Shown: in pieces, positions 28,407 to 38,729 of the stretch
Numbering within the stretch: the first letter of the stretch is position 1
Layout of the letters: every line of letters starts with the position of its first letter
Notes under the pieces: generated by a model
Databases searched by the model: none
The model's input: the letters and a program-made list of their open reading frames with translations, nothing else
Told to the model about the DNA's origin: nothing
DNA from: an uncultured Gemmatimonadales bacterium
GTDB taxonomy: Bacteria > Gemmatimonadota > Gemmatimonadetes > Gemmatimonadales > GWC2-71-9
Direction of reading: 5' to 3'
Assembly: GCA_963739455.1 (NCBI GenBank)
Contig: CAVUAK010000001.1
Coordinates: 1 to 64,000, forward strand
DNA length: 64,000 nt
Translations under genes and position numbers: made by a program

Positions 28407-29396
28407 ATGCTGAAGAAGATCCGGTGGTTCGCGTCGGTGGCCGCAGCTGCATGCCTCCCGATGTCACTCGCGGCGCAGGAGCAGGCCAATCTTCCGCAGC
28501 AGATCGCTGATGTCATTACAAAGTTGAATGGCGGCGTGCATACGGGCTTCCGGTTCATGCACGCGAAGGGATTGATCGTGACGGGGACGTTCACGCCAGC
28601 GCCGAGTGCGCACACACTGAGCAAGGCCGCGCACCTGCAGACCACGCCGGTGCCGGTGATGGTGCGGCTCTCGGACGGGACGGGGAACCCGATGATCCCG
28701 GACCCGGACAAGAACGGCTCGCCGCGGGGCATGGCGATCCGGTTCATGCTGCCGGGCGGGGCGTACACGGACATCGTGGCCATTTCGCACAACGGCTTCG
28801 TGGTGGGTACCGGCGAGGACTTCCTGGCGTTCCTGACCGCGATCTCACAGACGACGGCGACGAGTCCGCACCCGAGCCCGATCGAGAAGTTCCTCGGCAC
28901 GCATCCACGGGCGCTCAAGTTCCTGCAGGAGACGTCGGTGCTGTCTCCCAGTTTCGCCAACCTGGCGTTCTTCGGGAACAATGCGTTCGTTTTCGTGGAT
29001 GCGGCGGGAACGAAGCGGACGTTCCGCTACAAGATCCTGCCGGAGGCGGGGCTCAAGGCGCTGGATGCGGCGCAGCTGTCGAAGGAGGGACCGAACTACC
29101 TGTACGACGACATCACGGCGAAGCTGAAGGCGGGTCCGGTGAAGTACAAGATCGTCGCGCAGTTCCCGAACGCGGGCGACCAGACCAACGACGGGTCGAT
29201 CGTGTGGCCGGAAGACCGGAAGACGATGGAACTGGGAACGTTGACGCTGACGACGGTGGCGCCGGACAATGCGACGCTGCAGGTGAACACGGCGTTCAAC
29301 CCGATCTTCCTGACGGAAGGGATCGAGTTGTCGGACGATCCGCTCGTTCCGCTGAGGTCGGCGGTGTACGCGCTGTCGGTGGCGCATAGGCATTAG
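28407..29396 (+). CDS. Secreted catalase-related peroxidase (SrpA-like)
   Basis: Signal peptide; RFMHAKG, VRLS, RGMAIRF, FNP..GIELSDDP..RSAVYA.S. Confidence 0.9.
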   Translation: MLKKIRWFASVAAAACLPMSLAAQEQANLPQQIADVITKLNGGVHTGFRFMHAKGLIVTGTFTPAPSAHTLSKAAHLQTTPVPVMVRLSDGTGNPMIPDPDKNGSPRGMAIRFMLPGGAYTDIVAISHNGFVVGTGEDFLAFLTAISQTTATSPHPSPIEKFLGTHPRALKFLQETSVLSPSFANLAFFGNNAFVFVDAAGTKRTFRYKILPEAGLKALDAAQLSKEGPNYLYDDITAKLKAGPVKYKIVAQFPNAGDQTNDGSIVWPEDRKTMELGTLTLTTVAPDNATLQVNTAFNPIFLTEGIELSDDPLVPLRSAVYALSVAHRH

Positions 29397-29398
29397 AG

Positions 29399-29470
29399 GG
29401 CGGGGATGGCGGGGATGGCGGGGATGGCGGGGATGGCGGGGATGGCGGGGATGGCGGGGATGGCGGGGAG
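29399..29470 (+). repeat. Tandem repeat (GGCGGGGAT) x8
   Basis: Seven perfect units and one variant unit right after the catalase stop. Confidence 0.95.
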
Positions 29471-29738
29471 GTTACACACTCTGGAGTGGATCAATGATTC
29501 CGTGGCATGAATCGTTGATGCTCGCATTGTCTCTCCATAATTTCCCCTGAAAGGAGGTGACATGGCAGCCACGAAAGCCATCGTACGGAGGGGCCATCAC
29601 TGATTCCTGGCCTTGGTCAGGCTTCAGGATTGCGCGATCGCACCGCAGAGGCAAGGTGCATAGTGCCCATGGCGCTAACTTGCCTATGTCCTTACCTGGC
29701 AATGCGATAACTTGGCTAATCTTGCTGAGCCTTGCAAT

Positions 29739-29759
29739 ATATGTACGTAACGTACATAT
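29739..29759. promoter_or_regulatory. Palindrome ATATGTACG-TAA-CGTACATAT, likely TA operator
   Basis: Upstream of the Phd/YefM antitoxin; TGTAC cores resemble YefM-type operators. Confidence 0.6.
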
Positions 29760-29820
29760 TGTACGTATCGCGCTATTGCGCGGTCCTAGATGGCTGGGGT
29801 CAGCCGCAGGGTCTACACCG

Positions 29821-30069
29821 ATGTATCGACTGCCGACAACCAAGGCGCGTGAGAAGTTCGCTGACATCCTGAACGAAGTCGCCTTCAAGGGCGAGAGGGT
29901 GCTACTGCATCGCCACGGCAAAGATGTCGCCGCCGTGATCTCGGCCGAGGACCTCGCGCTGCTCGAGGCCCTGGAGGACCGTGCCGATCTCGACGCAATA
30001 CGGGCGGCCCTGGCGGAGGCTGGACCAAATGTCCCGTGGGCGCACCTCAAGGCGGAGTTGAACCTCTAG
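29821..30069 (+). CDS. Phd/YefM family antitoxin
   Basis: TTKAREKFADILNEVAFKGERVLLHRHGKDVAAVIS. Confidence 0.9.
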   Translation: MYRLPTTKAREKFADILNEVAFKGERVLLHRHGKDVAAVISAEDLALLEALEDRADLDAIRAALAEAGPNVPWAHLKAELNL

Positions 30070-30085
30070 TCCCCAGTCGGTGCGG

Positions 30086-30343
30086 ATGCTGTACACGATT
30101 GAGTTCAAGCCTGCTGCAGCGCGCGAACTCCGGAAATTGCCGCGCGAGGTCCAACTCAAACTTTCTACTGCACTCGACAAGCTGTCTCACGAGCCTAGAG
30201 CCCATGGTGCCCGGAAGCTCGCTGGCCCGGAGGATCTCTATCGGGTGCGTGTCGGCGACTATCGCGTCATCTTTGCGATCCGCGATGTGCTGCTTGTGGT
30301 GATCGTCGTCCGGGTCCGCCACCGAAGCGACGCCTACGAATAG
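30086..30343 (+). CDS. RelE/ParE family toxin
   Basis: YTIEFKPAAARELRKL..KLAG..YRVRVGDYRVIF..HRSDAY. Confidence 0.92.
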   Translation: MLYTIEFKPAAARELRKLPREVQLKLSTALDKLSHEPRAHGARKLAGPEDLYRVRVGDYRVIFAIRDVLLVVIVVRVRHRSDAYE

Positions 30344-30387
30344 GGGATGATGTCACCGCCCGGGATACGTTGGAGTGAGGAGGCTTC

Positions 30388-31617
30388 ATGAGGGCGTGCT
30401 GGGCAACCATTTCGGCGATCGGATTCGCGGGCGTTGCCTATTGTACGCGCGCGGAAGCGCAGTCCCCTGCCCCGGCGTACCTGTATGTCTGGTCGGGTGC
30501 CGCGGACACGACGCAGCGTGCGGCCTTCCTGGCAGTGTTCGACCTGCGACCGGGCACGGCGACGACAGGAAAGATCGTGAGGGTGGTGTATGCCGGCGCG
30601 GGAGTCAGTCCGCACCACACCGAGCACCAGCTGGAGTCGGATGGGCTGCTGTTCGCGAATGACTTTGGCGGGGGCACGACGTACCGGTTCGACCTGAGCA
30701 CGCCGGGGGACCCCAAGCTGCTGGGTTCATTCACGACGGCGGGGCCGTATGCGTATCCGCACAGTTTCGTGAGGCTGGCGAACGGCGACCGTCTCACGAC
30801 ATACCAGAAGAAGACGGACGGGAGCGAGCCAGGGGGACTGGTGGAGCTCAAGACGGACGGTACTGCGCTGCGCTGGGCGAGTGCGGCAACGGCCAGCGGG
30901 GACTCGACGCAGCTGGTGCCGTACAGCCTGGATGTGCTGGCGTCGATGGACCGCGTCGTCTCGACCAGCACGAGCATGACGGACATTCTCGGCGTCCATG
31001 TGCAGGTGTGGCGACTGTCGGACCTGAAGGTGCTGCAGACGCTGCCGGTTCCGCTTGCCAGTGCACACGCCACGCATAGCGCCGAGGCGCAGCAGGTCAT
31101 GGACGCGGAGCATATGTCGGGGCATCACATGCTGCCGGGTGAACCAAGGACGCTGGCCGACGGGAAGACGGTGATGTTCGGGACGTTTACCTGCGGGCTA
31201 TACCGGGTAACGGATGTCGCGACGGCCCCGAAGGTGGAGTTCGTCTATTCGTTTCCGGGGCTCTGGTGCGCGGTGCCGGTGGTGGTCGGGAACTACTGGG
31301 TGTGGACGATCCCCGAGGCGCATGCGGTGGTGTCGCTCGACGTGAGCAACTCAGCGAAGCCGAAGGAAGTGTCGCGGCTGGTGCTGGGCGACAGTGCGTC
31401 GCCGCACTGGATGGCGAAGGATGAATCGGGGACGCGTCTCGTGGTGAACAGCGGGGGACATGCGGGGGATTCGCGGATGTACCTGTTGCGGATCGACCCG
31501 AAGACGGGCGCCCTGAGCCGCGATGCGACGCTGCCGGTGCTGGAGATGGGCAAGGTGGAGGTGCCGGGGGTCGGGGAGGTGGTGGCGAAGCCCCACGGGG
31601 CGGTGTTTGGGAGATAG
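30388..31617 (+). CDS. Secreted beta-propeller protein (selenium-binding-protein-like)
   Basis: Signal peptide; FLAVFD, PHHTEH, YPHSF, PHW, KPHGAVF. Confidence 0.7.
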   Translation: MRACWATISAIGFAGVAYCTRAEAQSPAPAYLYVWSGAADTTQRAAFLAVFDLRPGTATTGKIVRVVYAGAGVSPHHTEHQLESDGLLFANDFGGGTTYRFDLSTPGDPKLLGSFTTAGPYAYPHSFVRLANGDRLTTYQKKTDGSEPGGLVELKTDGTALRWASAATASGDSTQLVPYSLDVLASMDRVVSTSTSMTDILGVHVQVWRLSDLKVLQTLPVPLASAHATHSAEAQQVMDAEHMSGHHMLPGEPRTLADGKTVMFGTFTCGLYRVTDVATAPKVEFVYSFPGLWCAVPVVVGNYWVWTIPEAHAVVSLDVSNSAKPKEVSRLVLGDSASPHWMAKDESGTRLVVNSGGHAGDSRMYLLRIDPKTGALSRDATLPVLEMGKVEVPGVGEVVAKPHGAVFGR

Positions 31618-31689
31618 GCGGGTGGCGGAGTAGAATATGAGTTTTCCGGACCCTCATTGCGTTGTCCCGCAAGACAAGGACTTCCTGCC

Positions 31690-32529
31690 ATGTCCATCCC
31701 CGCAAAAGAAGAAAAGATCCACGGAAAGACCGGCCTCAGCATCTTCGTTCGCTCCTGGCATCCCCGAGGCGCCGCCCGCGGCGTGGTCGTGGTGGTACCG
31801 GGGTTCAACGCGCACAGTGGCTACTACTTCTGGGTCGCCGAGCAGCTCGTGGCAATGGGACTTGCCGTATACGCGCTCGACCTGCGTGGTCGCGGGCTGT
31901 CGGACGGCGAGCGGTTCTTCGTCCAGAAGATGGCGGACTACGAGGACGACGTGGAGAGCCTGGTGGCGCTGGTGCGGTCGCGCGATGCGGGCTTGCCGAT
32001 GTTCATGCTGGGTCACAGCGCCGGCGGGGTGGTGTCGTGCATGTACGCCTTCGACCACCAGGCGGAACTGGCGGGGCTGATCTGCATGAGTTTCGCCTTC
32101 CAGGTGCCGGCACCGGACTTTGCGCTGGCGACGCTCAAGGGGCTGAGCCACATCGCGCCACATGCGCACGTGCTCAAGCTGAAGAATGAGGACTTTTCGC
32201 GCGACCCCAGGGCGGTGCAGGCCATGAACGCCGACCCGTTGATCGCGCACGAGTCGCAGCCGACGCTGACGGTGGCGGAAATGGTGCGCGCGGACGAGCG
32301 ACTGAAGACTGAGTTCCCGCGGTTCACGCTACCCCTGCTGATCATGCACGGCACCGGGGACAAGGCGACGAGGCCGAGCGGGAGCCAGCTGTTCTTTGAC
32401 AAGGCGGGATCGGCGGACAAGACACTGAAACTGTACGACGGGCACTATCACGACATGCTGAACGACGTGGGGAAGGAAACGGTGATGGGGGACATCAAGG
32501 AGTGGATCGGGAAGCACCTGCCGGGCTAG
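31690..32529 (+). CDS. Alpha/beta hydrolase (lysophospholipase family)
   Basis: DLRGRGLS, GHSAGG, HGTGD, YHDMLN. Confidence 0.9.
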   Translation: MSIPAKEEKIHGKTGLSIFVRSWHPRGAARGVVVVVPGFNAHSGYYFWVAEQLVAMGLAVYALDLRGRGLSDGERFFVQKMADYEDDVESLVALVRSRDAGLPMFMLGHSAGGVVSCMYAFDHQAELAGLICMSFAFQVPAPDFALATLKGLSHIAPHAHVLKLKNEDFSRDPRAVQAMNADPLIAHESQPTLTVAEMVRADERLKTEFPRFTLPLLIMHGTGDKATRPSGSQLFFDKAGSADKTLKLYDGHYHDMLNDVGKETVMGDIKEWIGKHLPG

Positions 32530-32555
32530 GGCGATCCCGCCGTTAGCTTTCGGGC

Positions 32556-33864
32556 ATGACCCTGGCCCCGTTCGAACCGGCCCCGACGTCTCCCGCCGAA
32601 TTGCCTGCCGTTCCGCTCCCCGAGGTGCGGAACGAGGCAATCAAGGCCGCCGAACTCGCGAGCATGAAGCGAAAGGCGACCGGCCTGCTGCTGCTCGCCG
32701 CGGTGGTATTCCTCGTCGCCATCTACTTCGAGACGCGCTACACCTGGGTGACCTGGGTGCGGGCCGGCGCCGAGGCCGCGATGGTGGGTGGGCTGGCGGA
32801 CTGGTTCGCGGTGACGGCGCTGTTCCGTCACCCGCTGGGCATCCCCATTCCGCACACGGCGATCATCCCGACGCGGAAGGAGCGGATCGCGCGGATCCTG
32901 GCGGACTTCTTCGAGCGAAATTTCTTCACGCGCGAGGTGCTGGCGGAGCGGCTGCACCAGCTCGGCCTGGCGGAGCGGCTGGGTTCCTGGCTGGCCAACC
33001 CGGACAACGCGCGGATCATCTCGCGGCAGCTGGTGCGGGCTGCGGCGGGTGCCGCCGACGCGGTGCCGGAGGACGCGGCGCGCGCGTTCGTGGACCGGAG
33101 CATCGTGGGGCGGCTGCGGGGAATCCCGGCGGCCCCGGTGGCGGCGCGCGCCATCGAGTCACTGATGACGGATGGAAAGCACCAGGAGCTGCTTGACCGG
33201 ATGTTGGGCGTCGTGAACGGGGTGCTGGAGAAGAATGGGGAGTTCATCCGGAAGCGGATCGGGGAAGAGTCGCCGTGGTGGGTGCCGGACGCGGCGGAGC
33301 AGAAGCTGTATGAGAAGGTGGTGGGGGCGATCGAGCGGACGCTGCAGGCGATTGCCGCCGATCCGGATCATCCGCTCCGGGGACAGTTTGACGTGGCGTT
33401 GAGGGAGTTCGCGGAGCGTCTCAAGAGTGCGCCGAGGACGATCGAGCGGGCGGAGGAGATAAAGGAGGACCTGCTGAAGTCGCCGGCGGTGCTGGACCTG
33501 TCGGGGAAGTTGTGGGGGGACGTGCGGTCGACGCTGCGGCGGTACGCGGATGACCCTGAAGGGGATGAGCCGCCGGAGCTGGAGCGGGCGATCCAGTCGT
33601 TCGGGGCGACGATGCTGGGGGATCCGGAGCTGCAGGGCGCGGATCGACAAGGCGGTGGCCGACGCGGTGGCCGGGCTGGCTGAGAAGCACCGGAGTCATG
33701 TGGGGGAGCTGATTACAGAGACGGTGTCGAGGTGGGATGGGGCTGAGACCGCGCGGCGGCTGGAGCTGCAGGTGGGGCGGGATCTTCAGTATGTCAGGAT
33801 CAACGGGACGCTGGTGGGGGGACTCGTGGGGCTGCTGCTTCATCTGCTGAGGCAGGTGCTCTAG
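32556..33864 (+). CDS. DUF445 membrane protein (frameshift near 33635)
   Basis: EAAMVGGLADWFAVTALFRHPLG..HTAIIP; C-terminal VGRDLQYVRINGTLVGG in another frame. Confidence 0.9.
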
Positions 33865-33867
33865 CCA

Positions 33868-34004
33868 AGGTGTAAGTCTGGTCGGGCGGGGCGCCTGGCT
33901 CGGGGAAAGGAGAACGCACGCCGGGGTTCCCCGTCGATCCGAGGCAACCGTGCGTTCTACGATCCCCTTCGCCAGGCGCCCCATCCCTCCCAGCCAGCCA
34001 CCTT
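33868..34004. repeat. Long hairpin element, copy 2
   Basis: GGGGCGCCTGGC/GCCAGGCGCCCC, GGGGA/TCCCC, AGAACGCAC/GTGCGTTCT. Confidence 0.75.
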
Positions 34005-34137
34005 CGATTTCCGCCCCCTGCCCTCCCGGCCCAGTGAGGATCGCATCCTGCGCGCAGATTCCTGCACCCCAGAACTGGCGCTTGACCCGCCCAGCGCCAG
34101 AGGGGGATCTTTGCGCATGCGGAAGCACCAGACTCAC

Positions 34138-36485
34138 ATGACAGGCCGGCGACTTCGGGACGCTCTCCCGCAGCCGCAGGAGTACGCGTGCCTGCTGACG
34201 CCGGACGGGTTCCTGGCGCGGGTGAGTCCGGACCTGGAGCGGGACTTCGGCCCGGCCGCCGAGACGCTCCATGGGCAGTTGTTCAGCTCGCTGGTGCAGG
34301 CCGACGACCAGGTGGCGGTGCGGGCCGCGCTCTCATGGATCCGGGATGACGGTGCACCGGTGGTCTTCGAGTGCCGCTGGCATCACAACGACGGAAGCTG
34401 GCGCTGGCTGGAGTGGACGGTCGCCCGGCGGCCGGGCGAGACGGTGCTGGTGTCAGTAGGTCGTGATGTCACGCGCTGGCGGGAGGACGAGGCACTCGCG
34501 CTGGGGCAGTCGCGGGTGCTGGAGCAGATCGTCAGCAACGCGCCGTTGCACGAAGTGCTGGCCGCGGTGTGCGTGACACTGGAAGCAACTTCGGATCGCA
34601 TCCGCGCCGCGGTGCACGTGGTCGATCATCCCACCAACACGTTGCGACTCGCCGCGGGCTCTGCGCTGGACGAGAACCTGCAGCGTCTCCTCGCGGTGCT
34701 TCCGCTCGACGAAGGCCCCGGTGCCGCCGTGGCTGCCGCGCGGCGGCGCGAACTGGTGGTGACCGGCGACCTGGCGGGTGCCACGCTCTGGAGCAACCAG
34801 CGGGAGGCGCCGCTGTCGTACGGGCTGCGCGCGGAGTGGGCGCTGCCGGTGCTGTCTCCCACCGGCGACATGCTCGCGGTGATCGCGGCCTACCTCACGG
34901 TGCCGGGCGAGCCGCTGCCGCGGGAGCGACAGGCGCTTGGCACTGCCGCGGAGCTGGTGCGTCTCGCGCTCACGAGCGAGCGGCGGAGTCACCAGTCTTC
35001 CCTGCTGGGCGATGCACTGCTCTCGGCGGGCGACGTGGTGATGGTGCTGGATGCCGCGAGCATCGCGAGTGCGCGGCGGATCCGCTGGGTGAACTCGGCG
35101 TTCGAGCGGCGTCTCGGCCTGTCGCGCGCGGATGTGCTGGGCCGGACGCTGGACATGCTCGCCGGTCCCGACACCGATCGCACGTCACTCGAGCGCATCG
35201 ATCGCGCGCTGGATGCGGGGCTGCCGGTGCTGCAGGATTTCCTGGCGTATGGCCGAGACGGCGCGCCGCCGATCTGGCTCGAGCTGGACGTGAGCCCGGT
35301 GCGCGACCTGCGGCACGTCACGACGGGCTGGGTGGCGGTGGGCCGCGACATCACCGGTCCCAAGCTGGCCGACGAGGCGCTCGCGCGAAGCGAGGAGCAT
35401 GTGCAGCGGGCACTCGCCGCGGCGGGAATGGCGACGTGGGAGTGGGATGCCGATCGTCGCGCGCTCGACTGCTCGGAGACGTTCGGCCCGCTGTTCGGCC
35501 TGCCGCATGGCGCCGCGTTCGCGACGTTCGCGGAACTGCTGGAGCGGACGCATCCCGATGACCGGGACCTGCTGCTGCAGGCGCGGAACATCCTCTATCG
35601 GGGCGGCCGAGTGCGTGAGGTGCAGTGGCGGGTGCTGCTGCCCGATGGCGAGGTGCGCTGGGTTCGCGCGCACATGCAGGCGGAGCGGGACAGGGGATGG
35701 TGGTTGAAGCGAGTTGCGGGGGTGATTGCGGAGGCGGAGGAGCCGGTTGGAGAGGAGACAGCTGAGGAGGAGTCGGCAGTCGACAGTCTGCAGTCGACAG
35801 GCAGTGAGCAGTCGGCAGCCGATGTGGCGCTGCCGAGGAGCTGGAGGAGGTCGAGGTCGCCACACATGCGGAGCAGCTGGTGGACCTTTCCTCGCTCGTC
35901 GCGGAGTGGAGTCCGTCGTTCCGGAAGTTCACGGTGGGCGCGGCGTCGCTGCACCTGCGCCTTGCTCCGGGACTGGCGTCGGTCTACGGCGAGCCGGAGT
36001 CGCTTCGCGCCGCGGTGGTGGAACTGGTGAAGAACGCCGCTGAGGGACTGGATACGGCGGGAGGGGTGATTTCGCTGGCGACGGGAACGGTGGAGGCGAC
36101 GCGGGCATTCCTGGCGTCGGCGTACTTCGACGACGGGTTGCCGGCGGGGCGCTACGCGTACATCGAGGTGTCGGACACCGGTCGCGGGATGGATGCGGCG
36201 ACGGTGACGCGGATCTTCGAGCCAGACTTCTCGACGCGCGGGGATGATCGTGGTGCGGGTCTCGCGACGGTGCTTGAGGTGGTGCGGGCGCACCGGGGTG
36301 CGATCCAGGTGTACAGCAAGCCGGATATCGGCACGACGGTGCGGGTGCTGGTGCCGACCGAGGTGCTGGTGCGGTCGGGGCGGAACGGTCACCATGTAAT
36401 TGGCGATGTGGCACCGGTGGACGTGACGCGGGAGAGGCTGGTGGCGCTGACGGCGCGGATGAGGGAGACGGATATGGCGAGTTGA
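34138..36485 (+). CDS. PAS-GAF-PAS-PAS sensor with HATPase_c domain, no visible HisKA (frameshift near 35835)
   Basis: PAS/PAC motifs (HPDDR, GRDIT), GAF; ELVKNAAE, VSDTGRGMD, IFEP.FST, GAGLA, GTTVRV. Confidence 0.8.
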
Positions 36486-36556
36486 GTCATCAGTCATCAG
36501 TCATCAGTCGTCAGTCGGCAGTGAGGGGTGAGGGGTGAGGGGTGAGGGGTGAGGGG
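36485..36556 (+). repeat. Heptamer tandem repeats (AGTCATC)n then (GTGAGGG)n
   Basis: Read directly; similar arrays at 44996-45033 and 63753-63850. Confidence 0.9.
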
Positions 36557-36577
36557 GCCCATGAATTGAGGGAGGGT

Positions 36578-37090
36578 GTGTTGAGGCGAGTTTTGCTTGC
36601 GCTGATTCTTTCGCTGCCGCCGATATCGGCGGCTTTTTCACAACAGGCTCCCTCGAAGCCGATACGGGCGACGACGCCGTGCACCGTCACGAAGCTATCG
36701 GACGGGGACTCGTTCGCATGTGCGGGACTGGGGCGGGTACGGATGCTGGGCATCGATGCCCCGGAGCTGAGCCAGAAGCCGTTCGGAACCAGGTCGCGCG
36801 ATGCACTGCTGGCATTGATGCCGATCGGGAGCGTGGTACAGCTGGAGCAGGATGTGCAGGCACGGGACCGGAATGGTCGACTGCTGGCGTACGTATGGCG
36901 GAATGGGAAAATGGTGAACTGGGAGATGGTGCGGGCGGGGTGGGTCGTGACGCTGACGTATGCGCCGAACGTGCAGTACGTGGACCAGCTGCGGAGCGCC
37001 AGTAAGGCGGCCCAGCGGGATTCGCTGGGCCTGTGGGCAGTGAATGGTTTCGCCTGCCTGCCGTTCGATCATCGACATGGGCAGTGCTGA
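36578..37090 (+). CDS. Thermonuclease (SNase) family secreted nuclease
   Basis: DGDSF, VRMLGIDAPE, DRNGRLLAYVW, NWEMVRAGW, GLW. Confidence 0.92.
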   Translation: MLRRVLLALILSLPPISAAFSQQAPSKPIRATTPCTVTKLSDGDSFACAGLGRVRMLGIDAPELSQKPFGTRSRDALLALMPIGSVVQLEQDVQARDRNGRLLAYVWRNGKMVNWEMVRAGWVVTLTYAPNVQYVDQLRSASKAAQRDSLGLWAVNGFACLPFDHRHGQC

Positions 37091-37116
37091 GCCGACGTGA
37101 GCGCACCGCCATTTTA

Positions 37117-38577
37117 CTACGGCGTTCTTGTCGCCTCCCAACGTCCGGTGGTCGAGACCGTCCCGTTGAACGTGCGACGGTTGCTGACAATGCACACCGC
37201 TCGCCCAGAGAGATGATCAACCGGTGGCGCGAGGCGGCCGGCGGCGAAAGTGCAGCTGCCAAACCTGAAGACCACGCCTGAGGTAAAGGCTACCACCGTT
37301 CCGTGCAGCGTCTGACTTGAGCAGGACATTCGACCGGGGCCGGTAACGGCGACGTCGAACACCGAATCGGGCGACGCCGCCGCCACTGTTACTTGCAGGT
37401 TGCCGCTGCACCCCAGCGCGGCGTCACGCCCGGTGCCAGCGGCCGAGAATGACAGCGTCCAGCCGCCCGAGAGCGACACCGGCGTGCGCGGGTTCACCGT
37501 GATCACCGCCGAGCCCGAAGCGCCCTCGGCGGTGACAGTGATCGTCGCCACTCCCTCGCCGATCGCCGACACCCTGCCCGTCGAATCGACTGCTGCGACT
37601 GCCGGGTTGTCGGACCGCCAGGTCCGTCGTCCCAGCAGAGGGCCGAGTGCGTCCTGGACGGTGGCGGAGAGCGTGGTCGTCTCCGTGGTGAAAAGGAGGG
37701 TTACTGGAGACGACACCGTAACGGTCGCTCCCGACACCATGGCATAGGCAACGGGGATCGCAACCGGCACATCGGGCGCCGACACGTCCACCCGCGAGAG
37801 CGGAAGCGCAGGGCGCCAGGTTCGGTCAGACAACAGGACGCTCCCTGACGAAATGATGTATGTGCCGGGAATGAGGTAGTGGAGCGCCGTGGTGCCCGTG
37901 AAATGCTGCAGAAAGTTCAACGGCCCGGAGACGGAAATGTCCGCCAGGGCGCCGGCGGGGAGGCCCGAGACGGTGACCTGTAGCGCGATGTCCTGTTCCC
38001 GATAGGAAAAGGGTGCAGCGACGGGCACGGTCGAGTCTGTGACCGTGATGGTTGCCGATGCCGGAGTCGGCGCGTAGGGGTGGCCGCCCACCACTGTGTT
38101 CGTCGCCGCGATGGTGTAGGTGCCCGGCCCAGGAATCGTCACCGTACCTGATGCGGTGACGGCTTTCGCGAAGGAGGGTCCGGTGACCGTGATGTTCGCG
38201 CCGACGCCATCTGGAAGGCCAGACACACTCAGGACAAAGCCATAGGGTCCCGTTCGGCGATACAGCACCGTTGCTTCGGCGGTGGAGGACGCCGTGACCT
38301 CTACCGTCAGCGATGGCTGTTCGGCGGCGTAGTCGGCGCCCCCGACCACCACCGCTTGTGCGGAAATGGTGTATGACCCGACGGCGAGCGAAGGAATGGT
38401 GCTCGTTCCCGTCACTTCCTGAGTGAACCCCGAGGGTCCAGTGACGGTGATCGCCGCCGGCGTGTTCAGGCCGGAGACGGTGATCGTGAGGCTTCCCGTC
38501 TCAGGGCCTGACTGCTCCTGCGTGGAGCAGGCGGCCAGGAGGAGCAGGAGCAGTGGGCGCACTTGGGCGGGTTTCAT
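37117..38577 (-). CDS. Ig-like repeat lipoprotein
   Basis: Lipobox LLAAC; repeated VSGLP..A.ITVTGP units; WRSDNPAVAAVDSTGRV. Confidence 0.85.
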   Translation of the reverse strand: MKPAQVRPLLLLLLAACSTQEQSGPETGSLTITVSGLNTPAAITVTGPSGFTQEVTGTSTIPSLAVGSYTISAQAVVVGGADYAAEQPSLTVEVTASSTAEATVLYRRTGPYGFVLSVSGLPDGVGANITVTGPSFAKAVTASGTVTIPGPGTYTIAATNTVVGGHPYAPTPASATITVTDSTVPVAAPFSYREQDIALQVTVSGLPAGALADISVSGPLNFLQHFTGTTALHYLIPGTYIISSGSVLLSDRTWRPALPLSRVDVSAPDVPVAIPVAYAMVSGATVTVSSPVTLLFTTETTTLSATVQDALGPLLGRRTWRSDNPAVAAVDSTGRVSAIGEGVATITVTAEGASGSAVITVNPRTPVSLSGGWTLSFSAAGTGRDAALGCSGNLQVTVAAASPDSVFDVAVTGPGRMSCSSQTLHGTVVAFTSGVVFRFGSCTFAAGRLAPPVDHLSGRAVCIVSNRRTFNGTVSTTGRWEATRTP

Positions 38578-38729
38578 TTCATCATCTCCGTGTGAGTTCG
38601 CTTGTCGCGGCCAAGATGCGACGGAAGCCTCAGCAAGACCTCATCTCCGCCTCCTGCCGTGACACCAACAGACCCCGCCGAGCAGGCAAGCTCGTGCGGG
38701 GCTTGTCGTTACGTACGATTTCCGGACGG

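Noticed and set aside
29399..29470. CRISPR array, or the PAIPAI ORF 29393..29581
   Set aside because: 9-bp tandem units without spacers and no cas genes; the ORF is a translation of the repeat.
29472..29735. Lower-GC stretch before the Phd-RelE pair as a gene
   Set aside because: No convincing start or motif; possibly a remnant, but I cannot assign it.
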